Positions 12,304 to 28,911 of a DNA stretch of 64,000 nucleotides are shown piece by piece. This DNA comes from Octopus vulgaris (taxonomy: Eukaryota). The DNA lies in contig OX597828.1 of the NCBI GenBank assembly GCA_951406725.2, positions 41,788,001 through 41,852,000 on the forward strand, written 5' to 3'. The notes beneath the pieces were generated by a model, which was given only the letters and a program-made list of their open reading frames with translations, was not told where the DNA came from and searched no databases. The first letter of the stretch is position 1, and the number at the start of each line of letters is the position of its first letter. Both the position numbers and the translations under genes were made by a program.

Positions 12304-12687
12304 GGAGGCGAAATGGCCCAGTGGTTAGGGCAGCGGACTTGCGGTCATAGGATCGCGGTTTCGATTCCCAGACCGGGCGTTGTGAGTGTTTATTGAGCGA
12401 AAACACCTAAAGCTCCATGAGGCTCCGGCAGGGGATGGTGGTGATCCCTGCTGTACTCTTTCACCACAAACTTTCTCTCATTCTTACTTCCTGTTTCTGT
12501 TGTACCTGTATTTCAAAGGGCCGGCCTTGTCACTCTCTGTGTCACGTTGAATATCCCCGAGAACTACGTTAAGGGTACATGTGTCTGTGGAATGCTCAGC
12601 CACTTACACGTTAATTCCACGAGCAGGCTGTTCCGTTGATTCGGATCAACCGGAACCCTCGTCGTCGTAACCGACGGAGTACTTCCC
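12304..12687 (+). mobile_element. SINE family B, full length with 13-bp TSD
   Basis: atgatgagacagt at 12291-12303 and 12688-12700; tRNA-like A and B boxes. Confidence 0.93.
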
Positions 12688-12941
12688 ATGATGAGACAGT
12701 AAGTTCGTGGCGGACTTATTTACGCATATTTTATTAATGATAATATTACTAGTTTAGCTTCATTAAATTATAAAGCTCTGTTAGAAACCGCGTGGTATTG
12801 TGCTTTATATGATGATGGTAGTCTCTAGTTCGGTTCTGCAATGTTTTGTTGAACGACCTCCACAAATGATTTGGTTATAGAGATCAAATGCTCTGTTGTA
12901 CATTAGCTCACTTCTTCTACCAAATCAACGTTGTCTAAACC

Positions 12942-13177
12942 TATTTCTTTATTACCCACAAGGGGCTAAACATGGAGGGGGACAAACAAGGACAGACATA
13001 GGTATTAAGTCGATTACATCGACCCCAGTGCGTAACTGGTACTTAATTTATCGACCCCGGAACGATGAAAGGCAAAGTCGACCTCGGCGGAATTTGAACT
13101 CAGAACGTAACGGCAGACGAAATACCGCTAAGCATTTCACCCGGCGTGCTAACGTTTCTGCCAGCTCGCCGCCTTAT
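12942..13177 (-). mobile_element. SINE family C, full length with 14-bp TSD
   Basis: acgttgtctaaacc on both flanks (12928 and 13178). Confidence 0.92.
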
Positions 13178-14160
13178 ACGTTGTCTAAACCGGTGCACGG
13201 TGTACCATATGAAAAATATCGAAGTAATCGCAGAGCAATGTGAAAATGAAGGGTTTTGGTCAAGAACACAACGGTACACCCGTTCTAGGAATTGAAACCA
13301 TGATTTCGCGACCATGAGTGCAACGCCGAAACCACTAGGCCATGCGTTCTGTATAGACATACATTTTCACACATGTTCCAATAAGGAATAAGAATAATTT
13401 GTGGGGACAAAAACTCTGTAACACACAGCAAAGATAACCTGATCAAAAGGACTCCAGCCAGGACCACCTTGTGGAAGAGATTCTACAGTTCTGCTGTAGG
13501 ACAACCACTCTGTTGCTGATGGCGGGAGTAAATGCATTCAGTCTTTTATTTGAAGTGGGTAGTGATAAGAAGAGCATCCATGAATAAATAAATAAACCCA
13601 TGCCAAATATACATGACATACATAGCAAGTAATGCTAGAGGATTTCTTTTCTGTTTTGTGTGCCCAGTGTCAAAGTATCAAAAAGAGATGATATGACAGT
13701 GCGTGGGATCTGACTCGTCCAACTCATACCAGCAGTGAAAAACAGATTAACAGAAAACACAAAAGGAGAAATGGACGAGATCATCCTGGTTGGAAGTTCT
13801 TCGACTATATAGTCTCATAGATCTACTATATGAGGGGTTACCGAGAACCAAACAACAACGACTTCAACTTTTTAGAGGTGGGTGGAGTCCTACAAAAAAA
13901 AAAAAAAACTATGATCATTCTGCCCTTAACACTGTGAAGTAAATTACAAAAAAAAAAATAAAGAACGTTGAACAAGAACAACAAAAATTCTATTTTCTTT
14001 ATTACTAGTTATAAAAGTCTTTAAAACGAAGACTGCAAAAGAGTAAAACGGATAAAATATTCAAAAAAGCAAAAAAAGCAAAACATTCAACTGTCTTCTT
14101 CTTCTTCTTCTTCTTCTTCTTCTTCTTCTTCTTCTTCTTCTTCTTCTTCTTCTTCTTCTT

Positions 14161-14222
<62 letters not shown>

Positions 14223-14606
14223 CATTGTTGTTGTTGTTATTATTGTTATTATTATTATTTTATAGAACGCAACAAACAGTAAATGAAAACGGCAAAATCC
14301 AAATTCTTTGGTCAAAGATGTGTTTCATGAGATTTCTTTTATCTTAAAAATAAAACCATAACAACAACAACAACAGCAATAATAAATTATGTCATAAAAT
14401 GTGGGAAGGATATTTAATCGCACTCCCCTCTCTCCCTCTCTCTCTCTTTCTCTCTTTTTTAAACTTAGAATCCAAATGTTTCTTTGTTCTTTTCCTTATC
14501 TAATATTCTCTATTATCTCCTAATGTTATTACTGGAGCTGGTGGAGCGAGGGACGTTTCACAAGTATACGGTGTTGTGGTGTAACAAATGAGAGAGAGAG
14601 AGAGAG

Positions 14607-14674
<68 letters not shown>

Positions 14675-14797
14675 TTTGTATGTCTATGTATATATAAGTG
14701 CATATATGTTTATATATATATTATATATATATATGTATATATGCACAAACATATATATATATATATACACATATATAAACACATACTTCCATACATC

Positions 14798-14831
<34 letters not shown>

Positions 14832-14993
14832 CATACATGTGCATTCTTACACATATTCCTATGTTTGTATACATATATGAGAGGCGTACACACACACACA
14901 GAAGCATAATGATATGAAAGGCATACACATATGAGATAAACACACTAACACACACACATACATGCACCCCCAACATATATATATATATATATA

Positions 14994-15075
<82 letters not shown>

Positions 15076-15078
15076 GTA

Positions 15079-15137
<59 letters not shown>

Positions 15138-15440
15138 GAGTGTGGGTAGGGAGGGAGCGTTTAATGGGTAAAAGTGAAAGGCATTTAATTATGAAATAAA
15201 CCCAGTTACCCTCACATAAATCAGTTTTTTTCAAATGGTGTTTCTATTTCAATCACAATGGACAGGGTTATTTCAGTTCTCTGTGGTGTGTGTGTATGTA
15301 AAGCGTGTGTGTATATAGGGGGTGGGGTGGAGTAAGTATTATGTCATTTATTTAATTATTTATTTATTTTCTGGGGAGTAGGGCAGATTAGGGTTGGTGA
15401 GACGACACGTCTTATGATAGCAATAATAATAATAATAATG

Positions 15441-15482
<42 letters not shown>

Positions 15483-15572
15483 ATAATAATAATAATAATA
15501 ATGTTATTATTATTAATAATAATAATAATAATAATAACAATAATAATAATAATAGTAATAGTAATAATAATG

Positions 15573-15645
<73 letters not shown>

Positions 15646-16208
15646 TGATAATAAAAATAATTAATAATAATAATAGTAATAATGATGATGATGATGATAA
15701 TATTATTTATTTTTATTTTGAAAAATGCTAATAAATATATTTTACATCATCTAAACAAATATTTTTCTTGTTTCAGCTCCTTGCTATCATCCCTCCCCCA
15801 TACGTACATATGCCTTTCCACCCTCCACCCCGATAACAGCGTTGACATGCCTCTGAAATCCTCATCAGAAATATATGACACTTACACACACACACACACA
15901 CACGCACGTACACACACACACACACTCACACACAAACACGCATATACACACCCGCACATAGTTGGGTGGAATTGTTAGGCGGAGGCTGAGAGAATTCCCT
16001 TGTGTGTGAGTGAGTATGTGTGCGTGCGTGCGTGTGTGCATGTGTGTCTGTGTTTGGAAGCCGGTGCTGCTTTGTTTACTTCCCCGAAAGATTAACGGTT
16101 CGGTGAAAGAACCGATAGTATCAAACTTATAATTACTGCTGGTCGATTAGTCCCCTTCAACATTTCAAGGTGATGCTCCAAAAGGAAACCAGGCCAATAG
16201 CTGAAGCA

Positions 16209-16246
<38 letters not shown>

Positions 16247-16248
<2 letters not shown>

Positions 16249-16493
16249 TTGCTATTATGTTAAACTGTCATATGTCCAAATTTGGCCAGAAACGTTTCTC
16301 TCAATATTTATATTTGCTTGCAATAGCCGGTTCTTTTGGTCAAACTATCGTAACCCCAGCTGCTTCGGATGCCAAGATATCAAAAATTGTCAAAGTGTCG
16401 AACAATGGTTTTGCTATGGAATGGTGAAACTATTTTTTTGTTTTCTGAAAAAGCAACGTTTTGGGCTTACGACACTTTTGCGTAATAGCAACG
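16247..16493. mobile_element. MITE in (TA)n with about 13-bp TIRs
   Basis: cgttgctattatg ... cgtaatagcaacg. Confidence 0.7.
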
Positions 16494-16520
16494 ATATATA
16501 TATATGTACGTATGTGTGTA

Positions 16521-16582
<62 letters not shown>

Positions 16583-16881
16583 TACGTACATATATATATA
16601 TACACATACATACACACACACACACATATATATATTGTTTTTCTTTTTTTCTTTTATTCTTTTACTTGTTTCAGTCATTTCACCTCGGCCATGCTGGAGC
16701 GCCGCCTTTTAGTCGAGCAAATCTACCCCAGGACTTATTCTTTGTAAGCCTAGTACCTATTCTATCGGTCACTTAGTCCGAACCGCTAAGTTAAGGGAAC
16801 GTAAACATCAAGCGATGTTGGAGGGGACAAACACAGACACACAGACACACAGACACACACACAGACACACACACACACACA

Positions 16882-16938
<57 letters not shown>

Positions 16939-17175
16939 GTTATATATTATATCATATTATACATGCAGCAGATAACCATCTCATACTTTACATGAGCATT
17001 GGCGTGAGAGAAGTTAGGCAGACAAAATAATGGCGTCTTCATGTAGCTAATATTTTATCGTACATTTTTTTTTATTTAGCTACCGTCATGGATTGGTTCG
17101 GTGAACACCATGCATTCGCTGATAGAACGTTTATCAAGAATGCGAATCTGTGTTTTTTTTGCCTATATATATATT

Positions 17176-17210
<35 letters not shown>

Positions 17211-17405
17211 ATAACTATATACATATATATGTATGTATATATGTATGTATGAATATATGTATATATGTATGTATGTATTTATGTATGTATGTATGTATGT
17301 ATATATATGTGTGTGTGTGTGTATGTATGTATGTATATATATATATATATATATATATAAATATGTATGTATGTATGTATATATATATATATGTAAATAC
17401 TTATG

Positions 17406-17464
<59 letters not shown>

Positions 17465-17879
17465 ATATATATGTGTATATAAATTCGTTTTGCAAGATTC
17501 CTGACGTGAAATCGTGTGTTGAAACTGATATTGTTAGATTTCGGGATGGTCATTTTATTTATTATCATTTTTTTTGCCAGATAAACAAACGCACTATATA
17601 TTTTGTCTTCACTCGCTTATTACTGTTCTTATTTTATTATGTTAACTCATATCCATTGTCCAGAAAGTTTTCGTCACACATCTGTGACCTCTTCGGCGAC
17701 ACTTTTCGTTTTCGTGTGTGTTCTTGCTCCACTTACTCCATTCTGTACAGAATGGATTATGTATGTGTGTGTGTGTGTGTGTGTGTGCGTGTGTGTAAGT
17801 ATATATGTATACATATATCTATATATACCTATATATATATGTAATTATGTGTATATGTATATATGAATGAGTAGTATAT

Positions 17880-18245
17880 AATATGAATTCAGAGAATCGT
17901 GCGGCCATTACAGTAAGCTCCTCTCTCGGACTCGGCTATCAGTCCACTTATATTAGGAGTGAATTTTGTGTGAATATTCGGAGTCGAAGTTTCATTGTAG
18001 CCATGTTACGGTGACCTGATGAACTAGCTTTCTTTATGCGTTTAGCTTCTGGATATAACGATTGTACTGTATAATATTGAACATACATATTAATCATGTG
18101 CGCATAATATCTTGCATACTCAAATAAATACTACACGAAAAAAGTTTGCGAAACGGCCGTAATCCTATGGGCGTTAAGTAGTTAAATATGTATTCAACTC
18201 CCAAACCTGCAGATCCACGTTCGTCTTTATACATTTGATTCAGTA

Positions 18246-18250
<5 letters not shown>
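17880..18250 (+). mobile_element. pLTR-like element with long-stem-II hammerhead motif
   Basis: CTGATGA at 18016, GAAA-cggccGTA at 18150-18161; related to 23631-23890 and 53709-53795. Confidence 0.6.
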
Positions 18251-18327
<77 letters not shown>

Positions 18328-18355
18328 AGGCGGTTTGAAAATATCAGTTACTGAC

Positions 18356-18421
<66 letters not shown>

Positions 18422-18439
18422 TAATAATGATAATAATAA

Positions 18440-18999
18440 ACCATGCAGTGGCTCGCCCTTCCCTGATACAGCATCAGGCAGTGGCTCTCATGATTTCTGA
18501 TTAGAAATTTTATCATTTACATTATTTTGTCTTGGTATAAAAGAAGGGCTACATCAAATATTCTGCTCAATACCAAAGATTTGCTTGACAGTTGTTTGAC
18601 CTTAACCAGTTGATCATGTCTCTTGGTGGCTGACGATATGTGCATCTCTGAGCAGAAGTAGTGGGGGAGCATCATAGCCATGTGTTGAAAGGGACTCTTA
18701 GGGGCTTGGATAATTCACCTTTGGAAACATGGGTGGTTCGTTCAACATCCTTAAACAATCCTTATTCAGGGACCTTTTGAGTGGGATGGGATACTCAACC
18801 AGAAGAAAATTCTAACTGGGCCCCACCTGCAAGGTCATGCGCTGTTTATCTTGATATGAAATCACCATGTCGTGCACATATGGTTGTGATGCATGTGTCT
18901 GGTGTACCCTTATCAGATGGGTAGTCATGATGGATATACTGGGCTTCGTATATTTTACCCCAGTGTCACTTTGATGGCATGCAGTGCTCTCTCTCACTC

Positions 19000-19000
<1 letters not shown>
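18440..19000 (+). mobile_element. Family D (AAT)n-embedded non-LTR 3' fragment
   Basis: Homologue of 3860-4330; ends ctctctcactc-(AAT)n and is preceded by (AAT)n. Confidence 0.75.
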
Positions 19001-19076
<76 letters not shown>

Positions 19077-19299
19077 TAATAATAATGATAATAATAATAT
19101 ATACACTGAAGTGCGTGTTAAAACAAAGGAAAGTTGACACTGAATACAGTTTGGAAGAGGTACATATATTATTATTTAATGGTTCGAGTCTGAGCCATGC
19201 AAATTAAAGTCATCAAACGAGTTAGGTTCATTTGAGGGGGTCTACGAAAGTTTAGGACGCATGGAACCGAATCACGCTACTTTTGAGTTATATATCTTT

Positions 19300-20490
<1,191 letters not shown>

Positions 20491-20608
20491 CCCTCCACCG
20501 ATATATCTTACGAAAGAGACAATATGGAATTGAGGACCGACCAACGCTAATGGAGAACAGAGAAACCTGGCAGGGTATTGTTAGCATATCTGAGTTGCAG
20601 AAATGTTC

Positions 20609-20653
<45 letters not shown>

Positions 20654-20846
20654 GGTGTGTGTGTGTGTACGTGTACGATCACGCTGTGCAGATACATACA
20701 GGGTACACACACACACACACAAACACACACACATACATACACACACACAGAAACACACAGAAACACACACACACACACAAACACAAACACACACACAAAC
20801 ACACACAAACACACACACACATACACACATACACACACACACAACA

Positions 20847-20911
<65 letters not shown>

Positions 20912-21136
20912 GCACGCGCTTCTAGGCTGCCCTCAGCTGTTACTTCCTCTCAGTCTGAACTAGAAGCGAACAGAATCCGTTCTAAATGAACCGGGAGAAT
21001 GTCTTCGTGTTATGCTTATAAGTATTACCAGATGACTTCTTTAATGGCTGCTTTGCTTTAGCGAGTTTTTTTTTGTTTTTTTTATGGACAGACCATTGAA
21101 TAACAGCATCCGTAATGACGACGAGACGACGATGGC

Positions 21137-21198
<62 letters not shown>

Positions 21199-21361
21199 CG
21201 ATGATGATGACGATGATGACGACGACGACAGTGAGGGTGAAGTATAAGTGAAAAGCGACACAGGAGTGTACACCGTGCAACCTAGACGACATTATAAATG
21301 AATAAATAAATATACATACATATATATATATATGGATATATATGCACACATATATATAATA

Positions 21362-21406
<45 letters not shown>

Positions 21407-21535
21407 TATATATGTAAATGCATATATATACACAGACACCATTCTACAAACACAGACACACGTTCGTTCATGTACATTTAGTTCAGAAAGGTTATATATG
21501 TGTCTTCAAAGTGGTTTGAACCTAGCAGCGAGTGA

Positions 21536-21611
<76 letters not shown>

Positions 21612-21892
21612 TAATAATAATAATGATGATGATGGTGATGATAATGATGATGGTAACGGGGTGGGGGGAGAAAGAGAGTATGGGAGGCGGAGAAGGTTAT
21701 TTAAATGCGGGTTTTTATTCGTCCAGGTTCCTTTTAACTCCCCGAAAATAAACATGAAGCTCTTGCGTATTTAAAGATTTTATACTTAACCTCTGTCTGT
21801 CTCTGTATCTCTGTCTGACTATCAACGCACATAAACACACACACACACGCACATGTATATGCCTACACACACACACGCACATGTATATGCGT

Positions 21893-21930
<38 letters not shown>

Positions 21931-22099
21931 GTATATATATATATGTACACCATATATATGTATTTATCTACATATATACCTTCACAGAATTCATAAGTCA
22001 GAAAAAATGCACCTGTATAGTTTGTTAATAGAGTGGTTATATTAATCGAAGTGTACAGTATTATATATATATATATGTATATATGTATATATATATATA

Positions 22100-22486
22100 T
22101 CATATAAAATCCGTTCTGTCTGTCTGTGTGTGTCTTCTAGGGTCTCGGGCATCCTCCATCCGATTGCGCTCAAATTTGATATGCAGATACCGACGGTATC
22201 AGGGCGTGTATAAGTCTTGAAAAAAATTACAAAAATTGATTCCAAGTGAGAATGCGATCGATAAAGCCGTGGGAACGTGCATTTGTACGTGCAACTACAT
22301 GAGCTTTTGCGATCGATACTATGCGTACGCGAGAAAAAAGTCTATCTTTATTTCCTCTTTTGTTGATGTCTCAAATTTAGGTTCACTCAGTGTTTCTCAA
22401 AGGGGAGGCCTATGGGACGGTCGGGCAAGTTGTTTTGAGAAAATTTGGTTTAAATGTTTGACAACTCAGCACCGTCCATTTTGCTC

Positions 22487-22488
<2 letters not shown>
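22100..22488 (+). mobile_element. Non-autonomous Helitron/Helentron-like element (internally deleted copy)
   Basis: tataaaatccgttctgtctgtctgtg...ccgattgcgctcaaatttg; homologous to 48535-49231. Confidence 0.65.
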
Positions 22489-22526
<38 letters not shown>

Positions 22527-23296
22527 TCTTTTTTACTCTTTTACTTGTTTTAGTCATTTGACTACGGCCATGCTGGAGCACCGCATTCAGTCGAGCAAAT
22601 CGACCCCAGGACTTATTTTTTGTAAGCCTAGTACTTATTCTATCGGTTTCTTTTGCCGAACCGCTAAGTTACGGGGACGTAACACACCAGCATCAGTTGT
22701 CAAGCGATGTTGAGAGGACAAACACAGACACACACACATACATATATATACATATATATACACCCATCATATATGTGTGATAGTGAGTGGTAACAAGCCC
22801 TCAAGAGAACGGAATAGCAGAGAAGAAAAAACTTAGTCATGGTAGGGGGTGAAACGTCATCACTGAGACAATGACTCACTCAGAGTTACTTCCCTTAGCG
22901 TTAAAATTCAGAAAAGTTTTGTCTTGAAACGGTATTGAGGTTGTTTTTGCTCCTCCTAGACCGGACTAGATTTGCTCTGAGCGCTATAATGTTACCGTTC
23001 AAGTTTCGGCTCTTAGTGTTGATCATATTAAACTCTCGCCGTAGCTGGATCACACGGGGTCTGGGGGTCCAGTGCAGTCTAAGGAGAGCTATGACGTAAT
23101 ATAAAGTGCACATCAATAACGAAAGAAAAGTACATGCGCTTGAAGTTGGTGCTCCTTTGGTGTATCTCATCTGTTACATTTTTCAGTATTCCGTATCACA
23201 TAATGTCATGCCACTACACACACATGCACGTGTGAGTATATACATATATTTATATATACCTTTATATGTATACACCTTCATATATGTATGTATATC

Positions 23297-23383
<87 letters not shown>

Positions 23384-23585
23384 GAATGATTTGTTTACGG
23401 TGATCGAATGTTTGTGTACACATAAGTTCGTTCCCTCCATCAAATGGACATTACCTGTACAGGTGCACCGTGTGCCACCTGTCACATGAACGAAATGATC
23501 GCAGAGCAACATGAAATGAAGTGCGTTGCTCAAGAGTACATAGCAACGCACGCAATCTTGAGTGCAATACCCTAACCACTGAGAC

Positions 23586-23630
<45 letters not shown>

Positions 23631-23633
<3 letters not shown>

Positions 23634-23890
23634 TGACAGGAGATATAAGAGGTAAGTATATTTATTTAACCACTTGCCATCCTTAGGGTTACGGCTGTTT
23701 CACAAGCTTCTTCATGTAATAATAATTTCAGTGTATAATAAATTGTTTACATATCTGCACTGTCATGCGTATTGCGCATTATATAATAAATACATCGCAT
23801 ACATATTACTGCAAGCATCTAAACATAATTTTATTCCGCACTGAAATAATTACTGAAATGACAGCTACGAAACGGCCGTAACCTTATGAC
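23631..23890. mobile_element. Fold-back pLTR fragment (same family as 17880)
   Basis: agggttacggctgtttc / gaaacggccgtaacct inverted, and the intervening sequence is also palindromic. Confidence 0.65.
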
Positions 23891-25238
23891 TTACACTATG
23901 TATGTGCACCTGGTAATATTTACTTAATTAGAGCTGCTTTTAATTTGAAATTTAATTTTGTTAGACATGTGCTACGCTACAGCACATCAGCAAATAAATT
24001 TCACACTATTTGCATAAATGTACCAGACCGGTAATTCAATACGTTTCGAGGTGAATCGAGCAGCTGGTACGGAGGAGTTATAAAAACAGCGGAATATCGA
24101 CATCTCTCATTCTCGATCAGTTCGGGCGAGTTGTCTCGCCTCTCCGGAGCATTCAGTGGTCTTAAATACTTCACATTGTGTAGGCAGCTTTACCAGAATA
24201 TCATTCCGCAGCAAATTGGCGTATAAACAAAACACACATTATGTACGTGCGCCGGATAATGTTTAGCCACACACACACACACATGCAAATTATCAGGGTG
24301 GCTAGTCCCAATTTAAAACCAAAAGGTACAAGTGCAATCGTTACTAAAGTGAGTAAGGGTGCAAACCAGCACCAGCACTGCTAGAAATAAGAGTCAAAAC
24401 AACTCTTATCCACGAGCAAAGCACTTATCTACTGTCTGACAAGGGAGACAACCTCCTGTGCGCGTGTGTGTGCGTATGTGTGTGTGTGTGTTTGTGCCGG
24501 GTTCAGATTTTGGCACAAAGCCAGCAATTTCGTCAACCTTAGTGCTCAACTGGTGACTTATTTAATGAAACCCGAAAGGTAAAGTCGACCTCGGCGGAAC
24601 TTGAACTCGGAACGTACGGACGGACAGACGGACGGACGGACGAATATACCATATGTATTTTACCTGCCGTGCTAACGAATCTGCTGACTCGCCGCGTTTG
24701 TGTGTATGTGTATCTTGTAAAATATCGCCCACAAGTCATATCTGAAAGGGGGATAACTCGGGGGTGGGGTAGGGTGGGAGGAAATGCAACATAAGAAATA
24801 GTAAAAAGAAAACCCCCACAAACCAAACGAACGAAACATCTTTTAAATATAGTAAAACACAAAAAAATATACAAACACCAATAACAAACAAATAACAAAC
24901 ACAACCAATACCAAAACACAAATAATAAACAACAATGTAATGTACATTGATAAATAAACGTAACATTTTTTATTTGATTTATTTGTCAACATTAATCATA
25001 TTTCTCGTCATTCTTTCACTATCAATTTTTCACAATTATTCCCCATCACTCAATCACTCATCCTCCCACGACCACCCATTCACACTTTCCCGGAACACAT
25101 ATCATCCCAGCCCCTTTAGTACAATTTCACCTCCTCCTTCTTAGAAAGTTGCCAACTGTTCCCTGTGTGTGTCTCTCTCTCCTTCCCCTCTCTCTCTCTC
25201 TCTCTCTCTGTCTATCTGTCCGTCTGTCTCTCTCTGTC

Positions 25239-25299
<61 letters not shown>

Positions 25300-25755
25300 A
25301 ACATAATATAAATCAATTATACTGCAGCTTCAAAGTATCGGACAAAATTTTTCACTGTATCAGTTCCGGCTCTTTACATTCCGAGTTCAAATCCTGCCAA
25401 GGTCAACTTTTGCCCCCTTTTATTTTTATCCAGGGGTTCTATGAAAGCAATATTTAAAAGTATAAAAAAAAAATGTACTATTCGATTTTTTTAAGGGTCA
25501 ATTCAGGTGGTTAACCCCTCCTCGCTAATTTTCTGTCAGAAGTGATTACGTGGCAGAGGATCGACAGAACTGTTGTGCATCGTACAAAATGCTTCGTGTG
25601 CAATACGTACGTACATACATACATATATACACACATACATACATACATATATACACACATACACACATACATACATACATAAATACATACATACACACAT
25701 ACATACATACACACATACGTACATACATACATACATACATACATACATACACACA

Positions 25756-25789
<34 letters not shown>

Positions 25790-25994
25790 CACACATACAT
25801 ACATACATACATACATACATACATACATACATACTATATGACTTTTACTTGTTTCAGTCATTAGACTGTGGCCATGCTGGGGTACCGCCTTCAAGATTCG
25901 ACCTCTAAGACTTATTTTTTAAAGCCTGGTACATATTCTTTCGATCGCTTTTGCCGAACCACTATGTTACGGGGATATGAACAAGCCAACCCCT

Positions 25995-27260
25995 AAAGTT
26001 CAACCCTTCCTCATCGTGGTAAGGGGGTGAAACGGGAGTGTCAGAGCTATGCTGTCGGAGACTTCAGTTTCTGGTAGGGCCACCCAAAGCGGATTGTTCT
26101 GACACCCAGCGGTATCAGGGCCGCACCCGGCTAACGGGGCTCTGGTGAACAGAAGCGTCTGTTACGGCAACCGGCGGCTTCAACCCGTCCTGTCCCCGCG
26201 TCTGTGGAAAATCTACGGCAAACAAGACGTTCTCCCAACAGGGATATACTTGTGGCTGGGGACCGCTAGGGAACTTCCTATTCCCAAGATCCTTCAAACA
26301 TTCCTCATGCACATCTTCTTCAACGACAAACCCTACTACGGCGTCCGCGGGAGCCGACGTGCTCGCTACGAGTGAGGCGAGTGTTAAATCAGCAAACTGG
26401 GATGCTAATGCGACACGGAAGAACGCATTTTTTTTGGTTTTTGGAACATCAGATCCCTGATGCATGAAGAAACACAGGCACTAACGATGCACACTCTCTC
26501 CAAATATAACATCGATATTGCATGCCTCTCTGAAGTTAGACTTCCTGATTCTGGTTATCGCAAAATCAATGTACCCCCAACACGACGCATCATACCATCT
26601 CAACCACAGTGGACCAACTGATAACTCTGGCCTTCATGGAGTTGCCTTCGCCCTCAACGATCGCGCCAATGCGTCACTCCTTGCCTGGGAACCTATCTCC
26701 CTCCGTCTTACCCGTATCCGCCTCAAAGGTTCAGTTATCAATATCAGTGTCATTGTTGTCTATGCTCCCACTCTCAACGCTCCTGATGAAGATAAAGACT
26801 TCTTCTATGATGCTTTACAGGCAGTTGTTGATCGTATACCCGCAAGCGACATTCCAATCATCGCAGGCGATTGGAATGCCCGCACAGGACCAAGTAACAC
26901 CACTAACGATCACATACTGGGACGGTTTGCGATTGGCAACCAATGCGCCAATCGTGAAAGACTTGTTAATTTCGCTGCTGCACAAATCATCTTACTGTTT
27001 CCAGCACACGCTTTCAACATCCACAGCGCCATCTTCTTACCTGGTACTCCAATGACGGTGTCACACGAAACCAGATTGACCATTTTCTCGTTAGAAGCCG
27101 CTGGTCGTCGAGTGTCCTTGATTGTCGAATGTTCAGAGGCACAGAAACCGGCAGCGAACACGGTTCTGATCATATAATAGGGCGGGCAAAACTACGTCAT
27201 CATCTCAAGACCGTCAAGTCTCGCTCTAAGCCTCTAAGATACGATATCTCGAAGGTAAAA
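25995..27260 (+). mobile_element. RTE-clade LINE 5' part with APE endonuclease pseudogene, 3'-truncated
   Basis: IDIACLSEVR, GVAFAL, VVYAPT, IIAGDWNARTG, TWYSNDGVTRNQIDH and GSDH motifs across frameshifts. Confidence 0.93.
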
Positions 27261-27291
27261 AGTAACCAATATATGCTATTTATACCACCGT

Positions 27292-27510
27292 AAGGTGGCG
27301 AGCTGGTAGAGCCGATAGCATGCCGGACATGATGCTTAGCTGCATTTTGTCCGTTTTTACGTTCTGAGCTTAAATTCCGTCAAGGTCGATTTTGCCCGTC
27401 ATCGTTTCGGAGTCGATAAAATAAGTACCAGTTTAGCACCGATTGAGTCGATGTAATCAACTTAACCTCTCTCGATATTGCTGGCCCTGTGCCAAAATTG
27501 GAAACCGATA
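27292..27510 (+). mobile_element. SINE family C (degenerate)
   Basis: aaggtggcgagctggtagag...ggtcgattttgcccgtcatcgtttcggagtcgataaaataagtaccag. Confidence 0.8.
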
Positions 27511-28306
27511 TATTTATAACTTCCTTCTTGGCGTAGCTGTGTGGTAAGAAGTTCGCTTACAAATCACATGGTTCCGGGATCAGTCCCAATGCGTGCCACC
27601 TTTATCTGTATTTAGTTGGTATATATTGTCTCCTCTCATCTATCTAGGAAAGGGGCAGTAACTCTGAGTGATAACTGACTTGGACAGTGACGATCCATCT
27701 AACCCAAGCCAACATGGGAAAACAGACATAAAACGATGATGATGATGATGATGATGATCACCATCATCATCATGATAATATAGTATCAGGGGGTCGATTT
27801 AAACTACTCTATCTTTCCTTTTCCTCCTCGCGGATCACTTCAACAATTAGTGTAATTAGGCCTGCCCAATCAAAGCCGTGTCTGGATTAAACAAGCACGA
27901 GCGGGCATTGTTGGTTATGTGGATACAACTACAGGATTCCAGGTTCGATTCTACTGCATAACACTTTGGGTTAGTGTCATCTACCGTTGCTTTGGAGTTG
28001 CTTTTAGAGGAGAATCACGTGTATGGAGACTGTACAGAATCCTATAGTCTGTGTATATATGTTGTAGTGGTGGTGGGGTCTTTGTTCAATACATATGAGC
28101 AAAAGATGTAAGAGAACTCAAAAAGCTGGTATCGTACGGACAATATTCCTTGCACGCGATATTTGTTCCGCACTGAGATGCAACCATTCCCTTATCACGC
28201 TATCTACCAGGAAAAGAGGGAATAAATGCCTGGTTTCTTTAAAAAAATCTGCAGCCAGCGACAGCATCGCTGAGTAATTGGCATCACAAAAAAATAAACA
28301 ATGGAA

Positions 28307-28684
28307 GCACTCCGTCTGTTACGACGACGAGGGTTCCGGTTGATCCGATCAACGGAACAGCCTGCTCGTGAAATCAACGTGTAAGTGGCTGAGCATTCCA
28401 CAGACACGTGTACCCTTAACGTAGTTCTCGGGGATATTCAGCGTGACACAGAGAGTGACAAGGCCGGCCCTTTGAAATACAGGTACAACAGAAACAGGAA
28501 GTAAAAGTGAGAGAAAGTTGTGGTGAAAGAGTAAAGCAGGGATCACCACCATCCCTGCCGGAGCCACGTGGAGCTTTAGGTGTTTTCGCTCAATAAACAC
28601 TCACAACGCCCGGTCTGGGAATCGAAACCGCGATCCTATGACCGCGAGTCCGCTGTCCTAACCACTGGGCCATTGCGCCTCCAC
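28307..28684 (-). mobile_element. SINE family B
   Basis: Reverse complement of 12304-12687. Confidence 0.92.
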
Positions 28685-28911
28685 ATAGAAAAAAAAAAAA
28701 GATAAACAATACAAACAAACACAAAACAGGACAGATAAATGTAAAAAAGAGCAATTATATAAGAGACAGATGAATAAAAAGAAACGAGGAAAAGGTCACG
28801 GTAAGGAAGAGTATTTTTTTCCCTTCTATAGAAATACCAGTCGCCATCTGTCGTGCTGTGTTCCATGAAGAATGCTCTTATCAGCATTTCTCAAAAAAGG
28901 CTTTAATAAAA

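Noticed and set aside
12304-12380. tRNA genes (also 1610-1682, 57604-57675 and the SINE A heads)
   Set aside because: A and B boxes are present but continue into multicopy SINE bodies, some with TSDs; no convincing cloverleaf.
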